Positions 7,305-18,600 of a DNA stretch of 32,000 bases are shown here, in pieces (the first letter of the stretch is position 1; the number at the start of each line of letters is the position of its first letter). The notes under the pieces were generated by a model that made no database searches, had not been told where the DNA came from, and saw only the letters and a list, made by a program, of their open reading frames with translations. The stretch lies in the NCBI RefSeq assembly GCF_000020225.1, contig NC_010655.1, positions 1,830,001 through 1,862,000 of the forward strand, written 5' to 3'. A program made the translations under genes and the position numbers. This DNA comes from Akkermansia muciniphila ATCC BAA-835 (GTDB lineage Bacteria > Verrucomicrobiota > Verrucomicrobiia > Verrucomicrobiales > Akkermansiaceae).

Positions 7305-8473
7305 AGAAAGAAGGATATTTCGGCAATTTCGGCGGCCGCTTCGTACCGGAAGCGCTGCGCCCCCCGCTCATGGAGCTGGAGGAAGCCATGGACTCCATCA
7401 TGCCGTCCAGCGAGTACCGGGATGCGCTTCAGGATCTGCTGGTCAATTACGCGGGCCGTGAAACTCCCCTCACGTTCTGTCCCCACCTTTCGGAAAAACT
7501 GGGCTTCCGCCTGTGGCTGAAACGGGAGGACCTGCTGCACACCGGAGCCCACAAAATCAATAACGCCCTCGGCCAGGCCCTTCTGGCCAAAATGATGGGG
7601 AAAACGCATCTTATTGCGGAAACCGGGGCGGGGCAGCACGGCGTGGCTACGGCTACGGCGGCCGCCCGGCTTAAAATGGACTGCACCATCTTTATGGGCG
7701 CAGAGGATGTAGAACGCCAGTCCATGAACGTTATGCGCATGAAATTGCTGGGAGCGACGGTTTTTCCGATTGAGAGCGGTTCCCGCACGTTGAAGGATGC
7801 CATTAACGAGGCTCTCCGCTACTGGATTTCCCATCAGGCGGATACTCTGTATTGTTTCGGTACGGCGGCGGGCCCCCATCCGTTCCCCACATTGGTCAGG
7901 CAGCTTCAATCCGTCATTGGGCGGGAGGCCCGCGCCCAGATGCTGGAGCGTGCAGGCAGGCTGCCGGATGTGGTGGTGGCATGCGTGGGCGGCGGCTCCA
8001 ATGCCATCGGCATGCTTCACCCCTTTGTGGAGGATGAAGGCGTCCGTCTGGTAGGGGTTGAGGCGGGAGGCACCGGTGAGCCCGGCTGTTATAACTCCGC
8101 CCCCATCAATCTGGGCAGCCCCGGCGTGCTGCACGGTCATGTGACCATGCTGTTACAGGATGAGAACGGGCAAATACAGCCGTCCCATTCCATTTCCGCC
8201 GGGCTGGACTATCCCGGGGTAGGCCCGGAACATGCCTATCTGGCGGAAACGGGCCGTGTCCATTACGGTGTGATTTGCGACGCCTCTGCTTTAAACGCTT
8301 TCCGGACGCTCACCAGAGAGGAAGGAATCATTCCTGCGCTGGAATCCTCCCATGCCGTGGCCTGGGTGCTGGACCATGCGGAGGAACTGCCGCAGGGGGG
8401 GGACGTCCTGGTCAATCTCTCCGGCCGCGGAGACAAGGACCTGGGAATCGTTAAAAAATATTTGAATCTTTAA
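7301..8473 (+). CDS. trpB: Tryptophan synthase beta subunit
   Basis: Contains HTGAHKINN (the PLP-binding lysine motif) and GGGSNA. I place the start at ATG 7301 ([19 protein letters not shown]), which forms an ATGA overlap with the trpF stop. The track start at 7181 lies inside trpF. Confidence 0.95.
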   Translation: MKKEGYFGNFGGRFVPEALRPPLMELEEAMDSIMPSSEYRDALQDLLVNYAGRETPLTFCPHLSEKLGFRLWLKREDLLHTGAHKINNALGQALLAKMMGKTHLIAETGAGQHGVATATAAARLKMDCTIFMGAEDVERQSMNVMRMKLLGATVFPIESGSRTLKDAINEALRYWISHQADTLYCFGTAAGPHPFPTLVRQLQSVIGREARAQMLERAGRLPDVVVACVGGGSNAIGMLHPFVEDEGVRLVGVEAGGTGEPGCYNSAPINLGSPGVLHGHVTMLLQDENGQIQPSHSISAGLDYPGVGPEHAYLAETGRVHYGVICDASALNAFRTLTREEGIIPALESSHAVAWVLDHAEELPQGGDVLVNLSGRGDKDLGIVKKYLNL

Positions 8474-8486
8474 GCCGCATTCTTCC

Positions 8487-9275
8487 ATGAATAATATGCA
8501 GAAATCACCGTTGCAGAAAGCCGTGGAGAGGGCCCATGCCCTCGGCAGGCGTGCCGTTATCCCTTTCATTACCGCCGGATTCCCGGACAAGGAATCCTTC
8601 TGGACGCACTTGTCCCGTATTGACGAAGCCGGGGCGGATATTATTGAGATAGGAGTTCCCTTCTCGGATCCCGTAGCGGACGGCCCGGTTATTGAACAGG
8701 CATCCCGGGATGCCCTGGCCCGCGGCGTCAGCCTGAAATGGATTCTGGACGGTCTGAAAGCCCGCAAGGGCGGTTTTTCAGCCGAACTGGTGCTGATGGG
8801 ATACGTAAATCCCTTTTACCAGTATGGCCTGGAACAGCTTGCCCTGGATGCGGAGGAGGCGGGCGTCAGCGGTTTCATCGTACCGGATATGCCGCTGGAG
8901 GAATCCGGAATGTTCCGGGAGGCTTTCAGCCCCCATGGCCTGACGCTCGTCACTCTGGTGGCTCCCAATACTTCCGTGGAACGCATGCGGGAATACAAGC
9001 CTTATACTTCCGGCTTCGTTTATGTGGTCTCCGTGCTGGGAACCACCGGTGGGAAAGCCAACCTGGAGCGGAGCGTTACGGAAACCATGCGCCGTGCCCG
9101 GTCCGTTTTTGATGTGCCGCTGGCGCTGGGCTTCGGGCTTCAGACGCCGGACCAGCTGGAGACGCTGCCTGAAGATGCCCGGCCGGATGCCGCCGTGCTT
9201 GGGAGCGCTCTGCTCAGGCACATTGGAGAAGGGAAGGACGCCGGGGAATTTTTGGAAAAATGGACCAGAGGTTGA
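8487..9275 (+). CDS. trpA: Tryptophan synthase alpha subunit
   Basis: 262-aa ORF with the IEIGVPFSDPVADGPVIEQA motif. It starts 13 nt after the trpB stop. Confidence 0.95.
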   Translation: MNNMQKSPLQKAVERAHALGRRAVIPFITAGFPDKESFWTHLSRIDEAGADIIEIGVPFSDPVADGPVIEQASRDALARGVSLKWILDGLKARKGGFSAELVLMGYVNPFYQYGLEQLALDAEEAGVSGFIVPDMPLEESGMFREAFSPHGLTLVTLVAPNTSVERMREYKPYTSGFVYVVSVLGTTGGKANLERSVTETMRRARSVFDVPLALGFGLQTPDQLETLPEDARPDAAVLGSALLRHIGEGKDAGEFLEKWTRG

Positions 9276-9307
9276 ACTGGACGTTTCTCTCTGGTTTTTA
9301 AGGATGG

Positions 9308-9343
9308 GCCTGCACAACTTATTGTGCAGGCTCTTTTTATTTT
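9308..9343 (+). terminator. Rho-independent terminator of the trp operon
   Basis: GCCTGCACA (9308-9316) / TGTGCAGGC (9323-9331) forms a 9-bp stem with a 6-nt loop, followed by TCTTTTTATTTT (9332-9343). Confidence 0.8.
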
Positions 9344-9367
9344 ATCTGGTAATGAACGGAGAAAATA

Positions 9368-9382
9368 CGGATTCGCAATCCG
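9368..9382. repeat. Perfect palindrome CGGATT-CGC-AATCCG (left copy of a 13-bp inverted repeat)
   Basis: Read directly from the sequence. ATTCGCAATCCGC (9371-9383) is the exact reverse complement of GCGGATTGCGAAT (9553-9565). Confidence 0.9.
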
Positions 9383-9475
9383 CTTCACTTTTATTCACAT
9401 ATTATTCAATTTTTGACAGAATTATTATATTGATAATGAATATGTTACATATCTTTAACATAATTTGCTGGCGGG

Positions 9476-9486
9476 AATCCCGGATT
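9476..9486. repeat. Everted palindrome AATCC-C-GGATT built from the same half-sites
   Basis: Read directly from the sequence. It contains a third CGGATT (9481-9486) between the two outer palindromes. Confidence 0.85.
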
Positions 9487-9546
9487 TTTTTGACGGAGAA
9501 AACGTTCCGGGTATTCCGGAAAACCGTTGTAACTGATTCTTTTCCT

Positions 9547-9575
9547 TTGACAGCGGATTGCGAATTCCTTATTTA
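9547..9575 (+). promoter_or_regulatory. Candidate sigma70-type promoter of the giant autotransporter gene, with a palindromic element in the spacer
   Basis: TTGACA (9547-9552), a 17-nt spacer, then TATTTA (9570-9575). The spacer holds CGGATT-GCG-AATTCC (9554-9568), the right copy of the inverted repeat. The promoter lies about 80 nt upstream of ATG 9656. Confidence 0.4.
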
Positions 9576-9655
9576 TATTCACAATCATATTTCCCTTGCC
9601 GTGTTGTGGGAAAGGTTCTTATTTGTTCATTAAATACCTAATTATCAAACGTTTC

Positions 9656-12600
9656 ATGAAATTACACCTCCCTTTGAATTTATTGGCTGCCCTGATGACC
9701 TCCTTTTCCGGAGTAACGCTTGGCACCGCCACGCTGGCAGGAGTTTCTGGTCTTTTGGTGACAGCATCACAGTCTTATGCGGCGGATGTCGCCTTTGACG
9801 GAACCCAGGTGAATGTGGCGGCGGGAGGCTCGGCCTCCTATGATGTCGGTACTGTTACGGCTTCTACTACCTTGAATTTTGCCGGAGCCGGTACGGCCGC
9901 CATCACCAATTTGAACGGGACGGCTCCGGAAGCCATCCTGACGGTAAACCGGGTGGCCAACGGGGGCGCCAGCCTTTCCACCCTGACATTGAACGGGGCA
10001 GGCACTTTCAACGGAATCATTTCCCTTTATTCCAACACGACGGGGGGATCTCAGAACAACATCCTGAACCTCAACCACGCGCAGGCCGCCCAATACGCCA
10101 CGATCAAACTGGGCGGTTACGGTTATACGACGGGCGCTTCCGTCCTGAAAGCCGGCGTGAACACTTCCATCAGCAAGCTGGAGCACAACAATGCCGCGGC
10201 TTTGATTACCGGGGAGGGAACCACGCTGACCATTACGGGGGATTCTTCCTCTTACGGCGGCAGTTTCGGCGGCACCGTAACGGTGGACTATACGGGGGGA
10301 GGCACCTTCACCCTGGGCAATTCCGACAAGAATACGGCGCTCTCTCCCGCGGCATCTCCGAACGCTACCCTGAAAATCAGCAGAGGCACTCTTTCCCTGT
10401 TCTCCGGAAATGTCACCTGGTCCCAGAAACTGGTCATGGGTGACGGCACCACGCTGAATGTCCAGGACGGTCCTTCCGTGACGGGGTACTCCTCCTATAA
10501 TGCCGCTTCCATCAATAACGGCGGTTTTAATTTTTCCGGAGCAGCGGTTTTCGGCAGCGGCGTCAACCTGACATCCAGCTGGGGCAAGAATGTGAAGTTT
10601 TCCGGTGTTCTCACGGCGGCAAGCGGTTTTTCCATCAGCGGCGGCGCGAATGAATATACCTATTACAACCTGCTCAACACCGCCAATGAAATTGGGGGGA
10701 CGATCGCCATTACGCGCAACTCTGCCTCTCTGGGCATCAGTGCTTCCGGCTCCCTTGGGACTGCCGCCGTTACTACTTCGGTCAACTCCCAGTACCTGAC
10801 CTATTACGGCACTGCGGGGGATGCGGCGGATGTCATTGACAATTCCATCACCGGGGCAGGCAACTTCGTCGCCCAGTCGGGCTGGGTGCATCTTTCCGAG
10901 AACGTGGCGCTTACGGGAACCTATACCGTCAATTCCGGCGCCGTCCTCTCCAGGGCCGGTTCCATTAACGCCGCGCTTGCCGGAGGCCGACTGGATGCGG
11001 GCGCCGGAACCATGACCGTGACGGAGCTGTCGGGAAACGGCACCATCTCCGCCTCTGCGGGAACCATGAATTTCCAGAACGCCTTCACGGTAGGGGAAAC
11101 GATGGGCATCCTCGCCAACGGTTCCGGGACGATCACGGGCAATGTGACGGTGGATGGAGGCCGTCTGTATTATACTTCCATGGACAATGTCGGCAGCGTG
11201 CTGCAGAACGTGACGCTGACTTCCGGCCTCATTGATTTCTCCGGTTTTCAGGAATTCCAGGACTTGTTCGGTTCTGAAGCCCTGGTGAACACCTCCTATA
11301 ACCTGGGCGTTGATTTGGGGAACGGCTTTACTCTGGCGGATGTTGACGAGTCCCTGTACACAATCAGCACCGTGGACGGAAAAACAGTCATCACGTTTAC
11401 GGCTTCCGGCGCCCATGAGACCGTCTGGGACCCTGCCTGGGGGCTGGAAGAGGCTCCCTCTTCCGCAACAGGTACGCTGGTAAACCAGCAGTCTTTGTCC
11501 CTGTACGGCATCCGGGCTTCTTCCATGCAGGAGGGGTTCGGTTCCGTGAATGCCGTCACCGGAACGGGAGACCTGACAGGAGTGACCCTGGCCGGCGGCT
11601 ACTACAATACTGCGTCCAATGCCACGGCTACGGAAATCACCACCGGCATCTGGACGGATGTGCTGGGGGGCAATTACAATCTGATTATCGGCGGCAGCTA
11701 TGCCAATAACTGGAGCGGCTCCGGCAAGTGGAACGTTACGGGAGACGTCCATACCCAGATTCAGGGGGATACTGCCGTCAACTGGGTTGTGGGAGGCAAC
11801 TACAAGGACGGCCAGGCGGCAGGCATCACGGGAAACGTTTACGTATCCGTGGACGGGAATGCCGTCATCAAGGGCAGTTTGATAGGCGGCGGCACGGGAT
11901 GTCATAACTCCGTAAACAACCTTGACGGCAGCACGTACGTCGTCGTGCGCAGCATGCAAAGCGTCACGGACGAAACCATTTCGCTCAACTCCGTTGTCCG
12001 GGGCTTCATCATCGGCGGCAGCACTTATGAAGCCAATTCCTCGTCCCGTGCCGCCATTACCGGAAGCACCAATGTGACGATTGATTTGGGAACGGCCTCC
12101 GGCAGCTTTGTCAAGAGCATCGTGGGCGGTTCCTATTCGGGAGGTTCCGGGGCATATACGGTTGGAGGCGATTCCAGCGTCAGCATTACCGCCGCCAGTG
12201 ACGCCGTCTTTACCGGGGCTATTTACGGCGGCGGGTTCAGCTCATCGGGAACATCCGCCGTCAGCGGCAATTCCAGCCTGACGCTGGATGGCGGTGCGTA
12301 CACGGGTGCTCTTTACGCGGGCGGCGGAGGAACAGGGTCTTCCGTAAACGGGGACGCTACCCTTACCGTTAAGAAAGCAGTATTCCGGACGGGCAGCTCG
12401 CTGAATGCGTCGGGAGGCACGATAGGCGGCACCTCTTCCTTGCTGCTGGGAGGTTACGGCAATACGGCGGATCACGCCATTTCCTTCTCCAATACGGCTG
12501 TGGCCGGTTTCGACATCGTGACCATGTTCCAGGATTCTTTCTTTACGGGGAATCTGAACATGACCGGATCCAGCGTGCTGGCGCTGGCGGGAGGGGCAGG

Positions 12601-15600
12601 AACGGGAATCAATCTGGACGGCTCGTTCTCTCTTTCCGCTGAAGGAGAGCTGAATCTGGATCTTTCCGAATTCGGCACCCTGACAGACGGCATGTCCGTC
12701 CTTTCAACTACGGGCCTGTCCAATATATCTTCCATCAGGGCTTCCTTTGCTGACGGCGTGGCCGGGTCCATCACCATTTCCGACAACGGCAAAGACCTTG
12801 TCTATACGGCGGGAACCCTCCTTTTGTGGGAGGGGGGTGAAAACGGCGTCTGGAGCGCGGAACATGTCTGGACGGACGGCGGCGCGCCCGCCACATATGC
12901 GGATGGCATGGCGGTTTCCTTTGCGGACCAGGCCGGAGTCGCTAACTCTGTCGTACAGTTGGATACTGAGGTTTCTCCAAGTTCTATGCTTGTCCGCAAC
13001 TCCACCACCCGTTATGAACTGACGGGGACGGGAGAAATTACCAATACGGCCGTCGCCAAGGAAGGCACGGGAACGTTGGTCCTCGGCACCTCTTCCATAC
13101 TTGGCACGGGTACTACTGTGGCTGTGTCGCAGGGTGTTCTGGCATTCGGTTATGATACGGCCCTTCCCGTCACGGGGGTAACCTGGAATACCGGTTCCTT
13201 TTTGGGTGCGGCCAATGGAGCGACGGTGACGGTGGATTTGGGAACCGTCACTAACCCGGTATTCTCCCTTTCTCCGGATGCCAGCTCTTTCATTACTCTG
13301 GCGACTCCGTCCGACATCGTTTTCGGCAATGCCATTACTGGGGAAGGAACTGTCCGGAAAACCGGCACGGGCTTGCTGAAACTGACGGGGAGCAACTCCG
13401 GCCACATCGTGGTGCAGGAGGGCAACCTCCAGATAGGGAACGGAACCTCATCCATCCGCTGGGGAAGCGCGGGTTCTTCCGTCACCCTGGAAAACGGCAC
13501 GTCGCTGATTATTGCCGGCAACAGTTCGGGAACCTCCCACCATACCATCAATTCCGATTTGATTTTGGGAACAAGCGCGTCCGACGCCGTTTCCCTGAAA
13601 TGGGTGGACGCCTCCCAGGCAAGCGCCGCGGACTATCAGCATAGCTTCACCGGAACCGTTACCGTCAACGGGGCGGTCTCCCTGGTGGGCAGGGACAACT
13701 GGGCCAAGGAAATGGGCTTCACCGGAACGCTCACCGGAGCCGGCTCTCTGACTTACAGCCGCGGAGCGGGCGACGGCAGGTACAATTCCAACGGAAAGCT
13801 CATCATCAGCGGAGACGCTTCCGGATTTACCGGAATGATCACCATGAATGCTTCCAACGGCTATAGCGCCGGGCTGGATCTGCGCACTTCCATCTCTCAG
13901 GGTGGCGTCACCCTGACATCCGGAACGGACACGACCGGATTCGCTTTCATGCGCGTGCTGGGGGATGTTGAAATTGCCTCTCTGGACGGAACGGAGAATT
14001 CCCAGGTGGGAGCCGTAGGCGGCGCGCGCACGCTGACGGTGGGGGCCGGCACGTACAACGGCACGCTCACAGACCGTGGTGTTGCTCTTGGGTACGGAGC
14101 CACTTCCATTTCGTATGACGAATCCGGCGTCCTGTCTCTGACCAAGGTCGGCGAGGAAACGCTGACGCTGGGCGGGACGGTCAGCTACACGGGGCTGACG
14201 GATATTCAGGGGGGAACGCTCGCTCTTACTGCTTCCGGGGCTACGTCCCTGGGGAATATCACGATGGCGGCCAATACGCGGATGACGACTGCGGGCGCTC
14301 TGAACCTGGCGGCCAACTCTACGCTGACACTGGATATCAGCTCCGCCCTCGAAGTGGGCGGCGCTTTCGGGGCCGGAACGTTCAATCTTACGCTGAACGG
14401 GCTTGAAGGCATTACGGATGCCGGGGAATATACCCTGATTTCCGCCGCCAGCGGTCTTGATGCCGCCAGCGCCGTCTTTAACTGGGCCGGATATACTGGG
14501 GACGAAACGCTGATTTATGAACTGGAGCAGACGGGAACATCCCTCAAGCTGGTAGTGACTTCCGCCGGGGACGTATGGATCTGGCAGGGAGCGGAAGGAG
14601 TGACCTGGAGCGATACGAACACGGGCGCCATGTGGGGCATTGAAGGTTCCACGGATACGGCTGCCGGGAAGAATCTGATCTTCAACAGTACCGGGGCGGG
14701 AACCGTCACTCTGTCCGGAGCGGTGAATCCTGCTTCCATCACAGTCAACAATGCTGCCGGAAGCGATTATGTCTTCGTTTCCGACGGCACCGGGAAAATC
14801 GCCCAGGGAACGTTGACCAAGCGCGGCGAAGGGAAGCTGGTCCTTAATTTGGACAACACGGGCTGGAACGGGGATATTTCCGTCCAGCAGGGCGAACTGG
14901 TAGCCCAGGTCGCCAATTCCCTGGGATCCGGAGCCATTACCGTTACGGACGGCGTGCTCACTCTGGCTACGGCGGACGTTCAACTGGGAATGGGCATGAT
15001 CAACCTGCAGGGCGGCCGCCTCAATCTGGCTTCCGGATCTTTTGCCACGGCGTTTACCGCAGACAACATGACGTGGACGGGCGGTTCCATGACGCTGGGC
15101 GAGGAAGTGGCCGCCACCGTCGCCAAGGCTCTGGCCAATGGAAAAGCCGTGGAATTGGCGGACGGTTCCGTACTGACGGTCAGCGGGGCTAATGATAACT
15201 CGGCTCTGAACCTGAATGCCTCCGGTTCCGGTACCGTTTCCGTGGGACTGGGAACCAGCTATGGGGCCAATGTCCTGAATATGAGCACGGAATTCCAGGG
15301 GAGCCTGTCCGTGACATCCGGCTATTTCCAATTGAATAACGTAACGATGGGGGCGGACGGCATCTTGAAACTGGCGGATTCCAACGTCCGTACGGAATGG
15401 AACGGAACAGCCGGAGGAACGTTTGCCAATGACGTTGTCTTTACGGGCAACCAGGTCTTTGCCACCAAGGATTTCACCTTCAGCGGCGATTTGAGCGGAA
15501 CGGCGTTCTCCACCCAGGGAGCGGGCAATATTACCCTGGCGGGCGGCGTCAACCTGGACGGTCAGCTCAAGGTGCACCGCGGCACGGTTACCGTGAATTC

Positions 15601-18600
15601 CGCCGATGTGGCCAAGCTGGGGGACAGCATTGACATCCAGAACAATTCCACGCTGGCCTTTGCCCGCGATTTCTCCTACGGAGGCGTCATCAGCGGTACG
15701 GCCGGCAGCACGGTATCCGTAAACGCCGGAACGCTGGAACTCACCGGAGCGAACACCTTCCTGGGCGCACTCTCCATTGCGGGCGGCGCTACGGCGCGGC
15801 TGGGTGACGGAAGTGCCTGGGCCGGGTCCCTCTCCGGAGCCGGTTCCCTGGTTATTGACACTACCGGAGAGATAACGCTGGCGGCCGGCAACACCGGGTT
15901 CACCGGTTCCACGACGCTCTCCGGAACGGGCACCGTCACCTTGGCGGGGGCCGACTCCCTGGGGTCCGGACGGGTCACCGTCAATAACGGCGTTCTCAAT
16001 TTGTCCTCTCTGGATGCGGCCAACGTTATTTTGATTACGAAGGGAAGCCTGGCAAACGCGGAAGCCAAAACCGCCGGAAACGTGGAAGTGGCCGCTTCCG
16101 CCGGAACGCAGGGAGCCCTGAATACCATCAATCTGGGCGGCCTGTCCGGCTCCATGGTCGGCTCCATCGTCATGGAGGATTACTCCCGGCTTACAGGCGT
16201 TTCCGGTGCTCTGGACATGACGGGCAAGACGGTGACGCTGAAACTGGATTCCGGCAGCCTTACAGCGGGCGGAACTACCGGACAGGGCGTTATTGATGCG
16301 GACAGCCTGACGCTTTCCGCCGCCACAACAACCATCAACCTCAGCAACCAGGGTGTTCTGGACCTGCTTGCCGCCAACCGGGATTCCACTGACGGCGTAG
16401 GGCTTGTACTGACAACGGGAACCCTGGCTGTGGATAATTTCAAGCAAATCGGATTCTCTCCTCTCCTGGCTTCCCTCGGCTATACCGTGACGGAAGTCCT
16501 GGGTGCGGACGGGACGCTGATGGTCAGCGGCAATACGGACCTTGTCTATCTGGTGGACGCCACCCCCAATTCAGACAACCCCAATATCAGCGATTACGCC
16601 GCGCTGGATCCCTACAAGGCTGTCGGCATTAATGGCACCACGCTTCATGTGAGCCTGAACGGGGCTCCGGAAGCCTCCCGGAATGGGGACGGTCTGAAAG
16701 TCAGCAACCTGGTTGGCAGCGACGGTGCGCTGACCGTGACGAATACGGCGGATGATGCGGCTTCCAACCACGCCGTGGTGGATCTGGTTCAGGATGTTGA
16801 CGCCGGCGGCAACAGCTACGGCGGAACCATCAGCGGGGACCATGTGGATTTTGTCAAGAAAGGTGCGGAAACCCTCACCGTAGAAGGAAACTTCACCGGG
16901 AATGACTCCAGTCTCAGTTCCTCGGAGGGAAATATCATCCTGAACGGTGCAGGCAATAGCCTTACTACGCTGGAACTCGCGGGCGGAGACATAACGCTGG
17001 GCGGACGGAATGACGGCGCCTCCCGTGTAACCACGGTGGAGACGCTGGCTGCCGGCGCGGGAGGGGGAACCCTGAATTTGGGTAACGGAGCCCAGATGGT
17101 TCTTACCGGCCAGCAGGCCGGCAGCCATGTCACGGAAGTGACTATCTCCGGGGACGGTACGCTGACCTTGGGTGGTACGGGAACAGACTCCTCCCTGACA
17201 CTGGGCAACGGCTCTTCCCTGAACGGTGTCCTGCTGGATATCCGTGAAGGGTCTGCCCTGTCCGCTGCAACCGGTTCCGTGAATACCGTTTCCGGACTGG
17301 AGGGCGGCGGAGCTCTGAAGCTGAGCGGTGCGGAAATGACGATCAGCTCTTCCGATTCCCATACCTTTACCGGTACTCTGGACGGGGCATCCGGAACGCT
17401 CAACGTCAAATCCGGCAACGGAAGCGTCCAGACTATCAAGGGTGCGGGCAATGCAGGTTATCACCTGAATGTGAGTGACGGCGGCGTGCTGACCCTGGCC
17501 GGAGCGGCAGGGGAGGGCGGCAATCCCGCCCAGGCTTCTTATCAGGGGATTACCGTGAACGGCGGCACGCTCAATATCGGCAGCGCAGACGATCCCAAAA
17601 CCCAGCTGACGCTTGGCTCGGACGGCTTGAGCGTGACAGGGGACAGCACAGTAGCCATTACCACTTCCTCCACAACGGTGGACGGCCTGGGCAATCCCTT
17701 TGTCACCTCCAGCGGAAATATTACGCTGGGAGACGGGACGGGGGAAGTCACGCTGGTCATGAACAATCTGGATACCCTGGTTTCCGGGAGTTCGGAAACG
17801 CTGAATATGGAATTGTTCAAGACAACGGACGGCGCGCTGGTGTCCCTGGGTGACAATGTCACCCTCCAGGACATGATTCTTGGTTCCATGTATGAAAACC
17901 TGGAGCTGACCACCAATGACAGCATGACGGCCATCATCCTCACCGGTACGGCGCGCACGGAAAACATTTTCCGTGACTCTTCCCTGACGCGGAATGCCGC
18001 TACTGGAGCGGACATCCTTTGGAATTCCCGCTATCACATGGAGGAAGGCTCTGCCTTGCGCGATTTCTATACCTCTGTTCTTCTCTCCCAGAATTCAGGC
18101 GACTATTCCGGCGCCGCCCGCAAACTGGCCGCCGCCGCCGGCAGCACGGTTACCAGCCTGGGCATCGCCCAGCGCGACTCCCTGCGCGACCAGATGGGCT
18201 GGATACGCAACCGCGTGGCGCAGATGGGCGTTAACCCTGCATATGTCCATGAAGACATGCCCTACTTCCATATGTGGATGCAGGGAACCGGGTCTTATGC
18301 CAAGCTGGACACCAGGGGGGATGAAAGCGGCTACGAACTCACCACCTGGGGAGGCACGGTAGGCATGGACGTGGATATCAACGACCGCCTCACTGCGGGA
18401 GCTGCGTTTACTGCCAATTACGGAAGCCTGACGGCCAGCGCGGCGGATACGGCGGACGGAGACCTGGACAGTTACTATGTCAATCTGTTCGCCCGCTACC
18501 AGTACCGTAAATGGTCCCATCTGCTGATTCTGACGGGTGGCTGGAATGATGCCTCGCTGACGCGCACGGTGAATTACGGTACGGGGTCTTACCAGGCCCG

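Noticed and set aside
9596-9655. Upstream non-ATG start (9596) for the autotransporter.
   Set aside because: It would add MPCCGKGSYLFIKYLIIKRF, encoded in A/T-rich promoter-like DNA. ATG 9656 begins a typical signal peptide.
13448-16447. 999-aa minus-strand ORF inside the autotransporter gene. Related long antisense ORFs lie at 9767-11959 (730 aa) and 16571-18037 (488 aa).
   Set aside because: These are shadow ORFs. Their translations are Gly/Arg/Ala/Ser-rich low-complexity strings with no motifs. The plus frame is continuous for 9.46 kb and has a signal peptide, repeats and a beta-barrel. The repeat-biased codon usage removes stop codons from the antisense frames.
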